From contig JACKGU010000001.1 in NCBI GenBank assembly GCA_020631855.1, positions 295,601 to 359,600 on the forward strand: a stretch of DNA of 64,000 bases, given 5' to 3'. Numbering within the stretch: position 1 is the stretch's first letter; each line of letters begins with the position of its first letter. This DNA is from Candidatus Nomurabacteria bacterium (GTDB lineage Bacteria > Patescibacteriota > WWE3 > UBA101185 > UBA10185). The notes under the pieces are model-generated. The model saw nothing but the letters and a program-made list of their open reading frames with translations. It searched no databases and was not told the origin of the DNA. Of this stretch, positions 30,460 to 38,777 are shown piece by piece. The translations under genes and the position numbers were made by a program.

Positions 30460-31074
30460 CTAATCTCTTAGAATCTTCTTTTCAAATCTAGTTTTAATAT
30501 AGCTCTTTGGGTTCATGAAGAAGTTGTAAAAGACAAACGTAAACAATGTTAACGAAATTAGCAAACCCAAAGTTACGCTAGTAGAGCCAGTTACAGGAAC
30601 TGGTGCGGTAGTTTGAGTTGTTTGAATTACTCCCCCGCCACCTCCTGCTGCAGCAGCTAAGACTGCAGGTGTATTTACTCCTCCTACCGACTCGGAATCA
30701 CCAGCACCGGTTACTAAAGATGCAAAAACACTTGGCTCTTCCATTGCCCCATCGGTTGCCTGAGTCACGGAAGTTGTTGTAGGTTCAGCAGAACCTGTTT
30801 CTTTTATTGAATAAATTCCCATAACGGCCTCATTGTCGCCTGGAGTCTTTTTCTGAGCATTTTTAGAGGAAATTGAAGAATCGGAAATTGAAACCGAATC
30901 AACGGAAGTCTCAGAAACCATAAAATACAGCGCACTGAAAACCAAAACTGATATCGAAAAAGTTATTATAAATGTTTTTAAGCCATTCTTAGCTTGACTG
31001 TTAGTATTCATAGGCAGGAATCCTAATACTATCAATATACTGAATGTCGAGATCTCCCTTAAACGGCACAGCAT
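30460..31074 (-). CDS. Ser/Thr/Gly-rich secreted surface protein with C-terminal VPVTG + hydrophobic segment + basic tail (candidate sortase substrate); start possibly at internal Met (about 31011)
   Basis: N-terminal signal/TM; low-complexity S/T/G/A region; C-terminus ...APVPVTGSTSVTLGLLISLTLFTFVFYNFFMNPKSYIKTRFEKKILRD. Confidence 0.5.
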   Translation of the reverse strand: MLCRLREISTFSILIVLGFLPMNTNSQAKNGLKTFIITFSISVLVFSALYFMVSETSVDSVSISDSSISSKNAQKKTPGDNEAVMGIYSIKETGSAEPTTTSVTQATDGAMEEPSVFASLVTGAGDSESVGGVNTPAVLAAAAGGGGGVIQTTQTTAPVPVTGSTSVTLGLLISLTLFTFVFYNFFMNPKSYIKTRFEKKILRD

Positions 31075-31246
31075 TTATTCTAGCTTGTTCCGAAATTTCA
31101 AAGGATCTTGAGATCTCTTCTCTTCCTTTTGAAAGTACTATAAAAAGTATAAAGATACTTGAGCAAAAAATCAACAAGAACCATTTCATATTATTATTTT
31201 ATATCTTTCTACAAACAAATACTTCATAAAAATGCAAAGCTTAGTA

Positions 31247-31828
31247 TCAATTAATATAGTAAATAGCAAATGTAACTATAAGAGTATCCTTTCCGGAATT
31301 GGGATTGGAATCTACATCCGCCCGTGCACTAACCACTGCGTATACTCTTTTTGAGACACTCAGGTCCTGCAGAAATTTAGGCAAAGCAGAAATATCTCCT
31401 GTTAACTTAGCAGAATAGAGCTCAGAGTATTCAACATAATCCGACTTCGTCACACTGGAATCATTGGAGGATGTCCCCTTGACTTCATCAAGCGACAGTC
31501 CGTTAATCCTTGCTATCTGTGATAGTTCAAAAATCATACCATCGTAGTCCTTTTCAACGGGAACTCCATTCATAATAATTTCAGTTTTTAAATTTCTTAC
31601 TAAATAAGGCTCGAGCAGAGCTACACGATTTATATTGTTTTTTATAATAGTTCCTTGCTCCGAAAACTCTTTAACGAGATCTTTCTTATATTTATAGGCG
31701 GAATAACCCCTAACGGCACCGAAATATCCCACAACAACTACATTAAAAGCTAAAAAGCACAGAAACAAAACAAAATTTCTGTAAGGTCGGCTTTGTATTT
31801 CTCGATCATAATAATTATTCAACTTCAT
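31247..31828 (-). CDS. Bitopic membrane protein (PilO-like or FtsB/FtsL-like)
   Basis: Short cytoplasmic N-term, single TM (FVLFLCFLAFNVVVVGYFGAV), predicted coiled-coil/periplasmic domain; no specific motif. Confidence 0.3.
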   Translation of the reverse strand: MKLNNYYDREIQSRPYRNFVLFLCFLAFNVVVVGYFGAVRGYSAYKYKKDLVKEFSEQGTIIKNNINRVALLEPYLVRNLKTEIIMNGVPVEKDYDGMIFELSQIARINGLSLDEVKGTSSNDSSVTKSDYVEYSELYSAKLTGDISALPKFLQDLSVSKRVYAVVSARADVDSNPNSGKDTLIVTFAIYYIN

Positions 31829-32466
31829 TTGTATGTAACCTCTATCGAAATATCATACGAGCCCCCGCGATTTAAGCCTGCGTACAATAAACTGATTGAT
31901 TCTATATCTTTGTTTGAAAAAAGATTAGACATATAGATAGAAGCGTTTATCGGCTCGGAAACAACAATGTTTAGGTTTGCTTTATCAGTATCAAATGACG
32001 TGCTAGAGTAAAAACCCTTCGGCACATCCGTATTCATTACTTCTGCGTGTCTGCTGATCAGACTTCTTTTTGACTCTATAGATTTGTAAGTAGCTATACG
32101 ATCATTTACTTTAGTAACATCGGCAATAATATCTTTTCTGCTGCTGAAAGTATCTGACAAGTCTTCGACTTCTATTACAAGCTGCTCAAGCTGTCGGTTA
32201 ACTGAAAAGTTAAGCAGAAGGATAATCAAATATATTACCTGAATAAAAATGATTAAATAAACTATTATCCTCGGGGTAGAGTCGGGAATACTAATACTTT
32301 TTTCTTGAAATAAGTTTGGGGTATAAATAGGCTCAGTTGCCTCTAGCGGCTCATTTAGTGGCTGGTTTAGTCTTTGCTTTAGATTTTGAAGCTTTTTCTT
32401 TGCTGGCAGTAGAAACTTTAGTTTCTTTTTCAGCTGTATTTTTTTCTTTTTCTGGACCTTGGGCAT
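31825..32466 (-). CDS. Bitopic membrane protein (PilN-like); annotated Lys-rich N-terminus overlaps rpsT 3' end and is probably not real
   Basis: TM (IIVYLIIFIQVIYLIILLLNF) followed by coiled-coil-like region; ATGA overlap with downstream gene. Confidence 0.3.
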   Translation of the reverse strand: MPKVQKKKKIQLKKKLKFLLPAKKKLQNLKQRLNQPLNEPLEATEPIYTPNLFQEKSISIPDSTPRIIVYLIIFIQVIYLIILLLNFSVNRQLEQLVIEVEDLSDTFSSRKDIIADVTKVNDRIATYKSIESKRSLISRHAEVMNTDVPKGFYSSTSFDTDKANLNIVVSEPINASIYMSNLFSNKDIESISLLYAGLNRGGSYDISIEVTYK

Positions 32467-32728
32467 TGGCAGATACTTTCTTTGAAATCTTTGATTTTAT
32501 TCTGGCAGCCTTGTTCTTATGAATAACGTTATTTTTTGCAGCTTTATCTACTACTTTATACAATACTCTTTCCTGCTCTTTGATTATATCAAGTTCTTTT
32601 GTATTTGTAGAAAGCAATTTTTCTATTGCCTTCACAGAAGCCTTAATCTTGGTTTTCCAGAATATGTTATGAAGTCTTTTCTTCGCAGAAGATCTGACGG
32701 CTTTTTTTGCTGACTGTGTATTTGCCAT
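32351..32728 (-). CDS. rpsT: 30S ribosomal protein S20 with Lys-rich C-terminal extension
   Basis: MANTQSAKKAVRSSAKKRLHN...GLIHKNKAARIKSKISKK = S20; extra about 40 aa K/E/A-rich tail. Confidence 0.85.
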   Translation of the reverse strand: MANTQSAKKAVRSSAKKRLHNIFWKTKIKASVKAIEKLLSTNTKELDIIKEQERVLYKVVDKAAKNNVIHKNKAARIKSKISKKVSANAQGPEKEKNTAEKETKVSTASKEKASKSKAKTKPATK

Positions 32729-32798
32729 ACTGCGGTAGTATGATAACACAGTAGCACAATTTGACAATACTTTGTTATACTAGGACCCCATAACTGAT

Positions 32799-32919
32799 CA
32801 ACCACCACCAGCTGACGCAGGTGATTTGCTGTAATTTCTTTGCGCTGTAAAGCCCAACATGTTGGGCAAACTACATTTACTAGCTTACGCAAGTAGTTTT
32901 AAGTAACGAAATTATATAA
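32799..32919. repeat. Copy C of about 117-nt structured intergenic repeat
   Basis: Aligned by eye; lies in divergent region between rpsT and murJ. Confidence 0.85.
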
Positions 32920-32976
32920 GATAGCAAAAATTAAGACGGTGCTTAAATAATCGGCTGTGTACACAGGCCGTAATTT

Positions 32977-34671
32977 TTGCTAAAAAGAAACATACATAGA
33001 TACAAAAAAATGAAAAAGTTTTACAAAAACATAACCAATAAAATAAAAATTCGCGGAAGATGGAGCTTTATAGCCAAGGCGCAAAAAACTATACTTTCGG
33101 CAGCATTCGTGATCGCACTCTTTGCAGGCCTTTCTTCCATACTGGGCTTTGTCAAAGGGAGAATGCTAATTAACTTTTTCGGAGTTAGCGACGAGCTGGG
33201 TATCTTTTACGCCGCAGACAGAGTGCCCAACATGGTGTACTCAATAATAGTTGCCGGAGCTATATCCACTATATTCATTCCTGTATTCACCGATTTATTA
33301 AAAAAAGACAAAAAGGAGGCGTGGAAAACAGCCTCGAACGTCATTAACATTACACTGATTTCTTTCCTTTTTTTAGGGGGATTTCTGGTAATTTTTGCTT
33401 ATCCTGTCATGAATCTTTTATCCCTGGGCGAATTAACGCCGGAACAACTTAAGCTAGGGGCGGGCTTAATGAGAATAATGGTAGGATCACAGTTAATTTT
33501 AATTTTGAGCAGCCTGCTCTCAAGTATTCTCCAATCACATAAGTTCTTTTTAGTCCCAGCTGCAGCTCCAGTACTTTACAATGTGGGCATGATCGTCGGC
33601 TTGATTGCTCTATCCGGAAAATATGGGATATATGCTCCGGCGCTGGGCACAGTAGTTGGAGCCGCACTCCATTTGCTAATTCAGATACCTTTATTAAAAA
33701 AGACAAGCTTCTCCTATGTTGTAAGTAAAACATTGCTAAACAAAGAGACACGAAAAATTTTTTCACTTGTACCGCCTAGAATTGCGAGTGTGGTTCTAAC
33801 ACAGCTCTCCATTGTGGTCAACAACTCTCTTGCCATACTTATATCTCCTGCCTCGGTAGTTATCTTAAAATCCGCAAGCCAAGTTCAGTTTTTACCTGTA
33901 AACATTTTTGGGGCTTCTATGGCTTTAGCCTCGCTCCCCGTTCTTGCGGAACATGCGGATACAAGCGAGCACGACAAGTTTAAACGAATTTTTATAACCA
34001 CCTTACACCAAACCGCATACCTAGTACTTCCTTTTAGCGCCCTGATGCTTGTTCTAAGAGTTCCCATAGTGAGGATTGTTTATGGGGTTGCCAACTTTCC
34101 GTGGGAGGCCACGATAGAGACAGCCTTAACGCTTGGATTTTTCAGCTTATCAATATTTTCTCAAAGCGTAGTGTACCTGTTTACCAGAGCTTTTTATGCT
34201 CTAAAAGACACTACCACTCCTGTCACAGTGAGTTTGCTCACCATTATTATAAATACAACTCTTTCAGTATTTTTTGTACATTTTTTAAGATTGGGGGTGT
34301 GGTCTCTCGCAATGTCTTACACAATTACCAGCCTTCTGGACTCTATCTTACTTTTCTACAAACTGGATAGAAAATTAAACGGATTTATATTATCCGAGGT
34401 TTTAGTTCCTTTAATAAAGATATCGACCGCCTCCGCTATGATGGGTGTTTTCGTTTACGTGCCAATGAAAATACTTGATCTGTACGTTCTTGATACGTCC
34501 AGAACAATTCAACTTATCATAACCACAGGCACGTCTGCAGCGTCAGGGCTAGGGATCTACCTACTTCTTACTAAACTACTAAAAGTAGAGGAAGTGAATC
34601 TATTCTATAAACTGATACTCAAAATTAAACCGAAAAAAACTTTTCAAGAAGTAGTTTCAGAAGAACAGTAA
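32977..34671 (+). CDS. murJ: Lipid II flippase MurJ (MviN); start may be Met at 33010
   Basis: 564 aa polytopic; LGFVKGRMLINFFGVSDELGIFYAADRVPNMVYSIIVAGAIS matches MurJ N-terminal signature. Confidence 0.85.
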   Translation: MLKRNIHRYKKMKKFYKNITNKIKIRGRWSFIAKAQKTILSAAFVIALFAGLSSILGFVKGRMLINFFGVSDELGIFYAADRVPNMVYSIIVAGAISTIFIPVFTDLLKKDKKEAWKTASNVINITLISFLFLGGFLVIFAYPVMNLLSLGELTPEQLKLGAGLMRIMVGSQLILILSSLLSSILQSHKFFLVPAAAPVLYNVGMIVGLIALSGKYGIYAPALGTVVGAALHLLIQIPLLKKTSFSYVVSKTLLNKETRKIFSLVPPRIASVVLTQLSIVVNNSLAILISPASVVILKSASQVQFLPVNIFGASMALASLPVLAEHADTSEHDKFKRIFITTLHQTAYLVLPFSALMLVLRVPIVRIVYGVANFPWEATIETALTLGFFSLSIFSQSVVYLFTRAFYALKDTTTPVTVSLLTIIINTTLSVFFVHFLRLGVWSLAMSYTITSLLDSILLFYKLDRKLNGFILSEVLVPLIKISTASAMMGVFVYVPMKILDLYVLDTSRTIQLIITTGTSAASGLGIYLLLTKLLKVEEVNLFYKLILKIKPKKTFQEVVSEEQ

Positions 34672-34730
34672 TTATCTTTTCAATACAGAGAGGGGTTGTA
34701 GTTTTAGATCAAGAATTATAAAGTACTTTT

Positions 34731-36542
34731 GTGAACCATACAGCCAATATTAGAAATTTTAGTATTATTGCCCACATTGATCACGGCAAGTCTACCTTGG
34801 CGGATCGCTTGCTGGATATAACCGGCACTATAGAAAAAAGACAACTCAAAGATCAAACGTTAGACAGCATGGAGCTTGAAAGAGAAAAGGGTATAACAAT
34901 AAAGCTAAAGGCCGTTCGCATGAACTATACCCTCGATTCAATTGAATATCAGCTTAATCTCATTGATACGCCCGGACATGTGGACTTTTCCTATGAAGTT
35001 TCACGCTCTCTGGCTGCTTGTGAGGGCGCTGTTTTAGTTGTAGATGCTACACAAGGAATTCAGGCACAAACCGTTTCAAATGTTTATAAAGCTATAGATG
35101 CTAACCTAACAATCATTCCGGTCATAAATAAGGTAGATTTGGCAGGAAGTAATGTGGAAAAAACGGCCCAAGATTTAGTGGATACTTTTGGTTTTAAACA
35201 CGATGAAATTTTGCAAATCTCGGCAAAAACCGGCCTCGGGATTGAACGGCTACTTTCCGAAATTATTAAGAGAGTTCCTGCACCAAAAGATACCTATGAC
35301 AAGAATTTTCGAGGATTAATATTTGATACATATTACGATGAGTTCTTGGGCGTCATCGCGCTTATTAAGGTCGAGGACGGAAAAATTGAACTCCAGGATG
35401 TGAAAAACCATAGAAAAATATACTTAATGGCAACCAAAGCAGAGTCTGATCCTGAAAGTATAGGAATAATGGTTCCCCACCGCAAAGAAGTGGGATCTTT
35501 ATCTGCGGGGGAGGTTGGCTTCATCTCGACAGGCGTCAAAGATATAAAAACGGTCCGAGTAGGCGACACGGTTACTTTTAAAGATATCGCCTCCGCAACA
35601 CAGCAACTGGAGGGATACAAAGAAGTTAAACCCTTCGTATTCATGTCCATCTACCCAATTGAAAACGATAAATACCCTGAATTAAAAGACGCTTTAGAGA
35701 AGCTGTCTTTATCAGATTCTGCCCTTCAATACACCGCCGAAAGTAACTCCGCTCTAGGATTCGGATATCGTTGCGGTTTTTTAGGACTTCTTCACGCTGA
35801 CATAGTGCAGGAAAGGCTTGAAAGAGAATACAATCTGGAACTGATATCGACTACCCCTAGCGTAGAATATACCGCAACACTAACCACAGGGGAAACCGTA
35901 AAAGTGAAAAACCCATCAGAAATGCCCGAGCCCACTAGAATACAGAGTGTGCAAGAGCCGTGGATTATTTTACATATTTTTTCGCCGGCAACATACACAG
36001 GAGGGATAATTACCCTATGTGAAAGTCGGAGGGGCATTATGAGAAAAATGGAATACCCTACACAAGACACGATTATGTTTGAATACGAACTGCCTCTATC
36101 TGAACTTGTAAATAATTTTTTCGATGAACTCAAAACAATATCTTCCGGATATGCATCAATTGATTACGACTTTCTGGAATACAGAAATGTAAAAGTAATA
36201 AAAATGGACATTCTGGTACACGGAGCTGAGGTTGAGCCTTTGGCACAAATAGTTCTAAAAGATAACGCCCAAGCAATCGGCAAAAAAATAATAAACAGAC
36301 TAAAAGATGTAATACCACGACAACAGTTTGCAGTCGCTGTTCAAGCCGCCATAGGCGGAAAAATCATAGCTCGCGAGACCATACCGGCCATGAGAAAAGA
36401 TGTTCTATCGGGCATATATGGAGGCCACAGAGAAAGAAAAGATAAGTTATTAGAAAGACAAAAAAAAGGTAAAAAAAGAATGAAGAGACTAGGAAAAGTT
36501 GATATTCCGCAAGAAGCCTTTAGACAAGTTCTAAGTAATTGA
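34731..36542 (+). CDS. lepA: Elongation factor 4 (LepA), GTG start
   Basis: IRNFSIIAHIDHGKSTLADRLL; DTPGHVDF; LepA C-terminal domain. Confidence 0.95.
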   Translation: MNHTANIRNFSIIAHIDHGKSTLADRLLDITGTIEKRQLKDQTLDSMELEREKGITIKLKAVRMNYTLDSIEYQLNLIDTPGHVDFSYEVSRSLAACEGAVLVVDATQGIQAQTVSNVYKAIDANLTIIPVINKVDLAGSNVEKTAQDLVDTFGFKHDEILQISAKTGLGIERLLSEIIKRVPAPKDTYDKNFRGLIFDTYYDEFLGVIALIKVEDGKIELQDVKNHRKIYLMATKAESDPESIGIMVPHRKEVGSLSAGEVGFISTGVKDIKTVRVGDTVTFKDIASATQQLEGYKEVKPFVFMSIYPIENDKYPELKDALEKLSLSDSALQYTAESNSALGFGYRCGFLGLLHADIVQERLEREYNLELISTTPSVEYTATLTTGETVKVKNPSEMPEPTRIQSVQEPWIILHIFSPATYTGGIITLCESRRGIMRKMEYPTQDTIMFEYELPLSELVNNFFDELKTISSGYASIDYDFLEYRNVKVIKMDILVHGAEVEPLAQIVLKDNAQAIGKKIINRLKDVIPRQQFAVAVQAAIGGKIIARETIPAMRKDVLSGIYGGHRERKDKLLERQKKGKKRMKRLGKVDIPQEAFRQVLSN

Positions 36543-37445
36543 CGAGATATAGGACTTCAATTTTTTCAGCTTAATTACATCTTCTAGCCTTCTGGTGCCG
36601 GCCTTTATCTCCATATAATATTCAAAAATATTAGTCACATCGTTGAGAAACTTCTTTGTTGAAACAACATACCCGGCTATTAGAACGAGCTCGGAGATTT
36701 GTTTAGTACCCATAAATACATCGCGCACAACAAGTAGCAAAATACTAAGTTTAAAAAAAGACACTAATGATTGAAGGCTGAACCAGGAAATAAAACGAAA
36801 AGACTGAACATCACCATACTTACCCCAAACTTTCTCAGCATAACTTTTTACGCGATCATTAACCAAAAGCCGTGAGTAATATTTCTCTCTAACCTGATCG
36901 AATTTTTCGTATAAAACCTCATAGTGTCTTGAAAGAAAATAAGAAGAGATAATATAGAAAGATATCGCAGAAACCTCTAAATAAAAGACTCGTACATCAA
37001 TCAACAATAAGATGAAAGGGATTAAAATAAACTCAACAATTCCCTGAAAACCATCGTCAATCATATGAGTTACAAACCGTCTAATGGCATGAGTTAAATT
37101 ACGAACTGCCTGCACTACCTCCATACGGTCTTTTTCTTTCGGAGAAAACGTTATTAAAAAGTCTGTTTGAACTTCAACAAGCTTTTTTTCTGTCGTAAAA
37201 GAAATCAAAGATTTTGATCCGACACGAACAAGGTGCTCAATAATTTCTGTAACTAGAATAAGGGCAAGGGGCAAAACGATTTCGCTAAGGGACATTCTTT
37301 GCTCTATACGATAAATGCCTAATGAAAATAGAAAAGTTACTAAAAGAGGCCCTAAGGTGCAAATAAGACGCAACAAAATATACAGGTTATACTCTCGCGT
37401 GAAAAAAAATTTAATTAAGTAGTTTCTTATAAGACGGGCAGTCAT
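36531..37445 (-). CDS. Polytopic membrane protein resembling an ABC-exporter transmembrane domain without ATPase domain
   Basis: About 6 hydrophobic helices; ends where an NBD would begin; 12-nt convergent overlap with lepA. Confidence 0.3.
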   Translation of the reverse strand: MTARLIRNYLIKFFFTREYNLYILLRLICTLGPLLVTFLFSLGIYRIEQRMSLSEIVLPLALILVTEIIEHLVRVGSKSLISFTTEKKLVEVQTDFLITFSPKEKDRMEVVQAVRNLTHAIRRFVTHMIDDGFQGIVEFILIPFILLLIDVRVFYLEVSAISFYIISSYFLSRHYEVLYEKFDQVREKYYSRLLVNDRVKSYAEKVWGKYGDVQSFRFISWFSLQSLVSFFKLSILLLVVRDVFMGTKQISELVLIAGYVVSTKKFLNDVTNIFEYYMEIKAGTRRLEDVIKLKKLKSYISSIT

Positions 37446-37540
37446 GAATCAATTATACACAGCTAGACACTAGTTTAAACAAATTTTGCATTATAGGTTT
37501 TGTAAGAATTTCAAAGATTAATACAAGCAAACCATACTGC

Positions 37541-37576
37541 TTGACACTCTTAGCACTCATGATAATATAGTGACAA
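37541..37576 (+). promoter_or_regulatory. hrcA promoter (TTGACA-N16/17-TAATAT) overlapping a half-degenerate CIRCE-like operator (TTAGCACTC-N9-TAGTGACAA)
   Basis: -35 at 37541-37546, -10 about 37562-37568; left CIRCE arm perfect (37550-37558), right arm 6/9 (37568-37576); hrcA ATG at 37578. Confidence 0.45.
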
Positions 37577-37577
37577 T

Positions 37578-38309
37578 ATGTTGTTAACAGAAAGACAGAT
37601 AAACCTACTAAAAGCTATCATAGAAGAGTATTTAGATACTGCTCAACCTGTTGGGTCCTCTCTTATTGTCGAGAAATACAACGTTAAATGCTCCCCTGCC
37701 ACAGTTAGAAACGAAATGGCAAGATTGCTCAGCGAAGGTTTTTTGCAGATGGAGCATACATCTTCGGGAAGAATTCCAACTTCTTCGGCTTATAAGTTCT
37801 TTTTGGAGGAATTGATGGAAGAAGAAGAGCTGGATGTCCTGCAGGAAGTTGCGATGAAACAGAAACTTTGGGCTAACAGATATGAATTTGAAAAACTTCT
37901 AAGACAAGCGGTACTCGCGTTATCTGAAATAACGCAAGAATTGGCCCTAGCTACAACCGATGACGGATACGTAATTCATGCAGGATCGGTTAACCTTTTG
38001 GATCACAAGGAGTTCACTGATGAAAATACAATAAAAAGCATACTACATATGCTGGACAGACACGAGGCGCTAGCAAAAATATTTGAAAAAATAAGCTTAG
38101 TAGATGACGGAGAAGTAAAATGTCTGATAGGCGCAGATTTGGAGCACCCGAACTTAGAAGGTTGCAGCGCAATTGTCGCAAAATACAGCGTGGGGAAAAG
38201 AAAAGGTTATATAGCGGTATTAGGTCCCTCAAGACTTCAGTATCAAAGAATAATCCCTTCACTTAGGTACACTAAAAATTTAGTAGAAGAACTTGGCGGT
38301 TCTTGGTAA
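37578..38309 (+). CDS. hrcA: Heat-inducible transcription repressor HrcA (short)
   Basis: MLLTERQINLLKAIIEEYLDTAQPVGS winged-helix N-terminus typical of HrcA; followed by grpE-dnaK-dnaJ. Confidence 0.85.
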   Translation: MLLTERQINLLKAIIEEYLDTAQPVGSSLIVEKYNVKCSPATVRNEMARLLSEGFLQMEHTSSGRIPTSSAYKFFLEELMEEEELDVLQEVAMKQKLWANRYEFEKLLRQAVLALSEITQELALATTDDGYVIHAGSVNLLDHKEFTDENTIKSILHMLDRHEALAKIFEKISLVDDGEVKCLIGADLEHPNLEGCSAIVAKYSVGKRKGYIAVLGPSRLQYQRIIPSLRYTKNLVEELGGSW

Positions 38310-38776
38310 TCAAAATGACAAGTAAAAAAAGCACAACAAAAGTAGTCGAAGAACTACAGAAAAAAATTGAAGAATACGAAGAAAATTGGAAACGAGCTCT
38401 AGCGGACTATAAAAATCTTCAAAAAAGGGTTGAGGAAGAAAGGGCTGAGATATTCGGGTACGCAAATAAAAACCTAATTCAAAGATTTATACCTGTTCTG
38501 GACAACCTGGAAACTATGGCAAAGCACTTTGAAGACCAAGGAATAAAATTAATTTTAAAACAATTGATACAAATTCTTGAAGAAGAGGGTGTAGCAGAGA
38601 TAGAGTCCGATAAGAAAACGTTTGATCCACATGAAATGGAAGCAGTTGAGCATGTAGAAACCGGAGGCGATCTAGACAACAAAGTTATTGAGACTACTCA
38701 AAAAGGATACAAGATGGGAAACAAAGTTATCAGGCCTGCTAGAGTAAAAGTAGGCAAAACAAAAGGAGAAAAATAG
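38303..38776 (+). CDS. grpE: Nucleotide exchange factor GrpE
   Basis: [17 protein letters not shown]; GrpE C-terminal beta domain. Confidence 0.9.
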   Translation: MVIKMTSKKSTTKVVEELQKKIEEYEENWKRALADYKNLQKRVEEERAEIFGYANKNLIQRFIPVLDNLETMAKHFEDQGIKLILKQLIQILEEEGVAEIESDKKTFDPHEMEAVEHVETGGDLDNKVIETTQKGYKMGNKVIRPARVKVGKTKGEK

Positions 38777-38777
38777 T

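Noticed and set aside
31001-31189. 62-aa minus-strand ORF with signal-peptide-like N-terminus (MKWFLLIFCSSIFILFIVLS...) between the PilO-like gene and the surface-protein gene
   Set aside because: It overlaps the annotated 5' end of the surface-protein ORF. It could be a genuine small secreted/lipoprotein (PilP-like position), but there is no supporting motif. Left uncalled.
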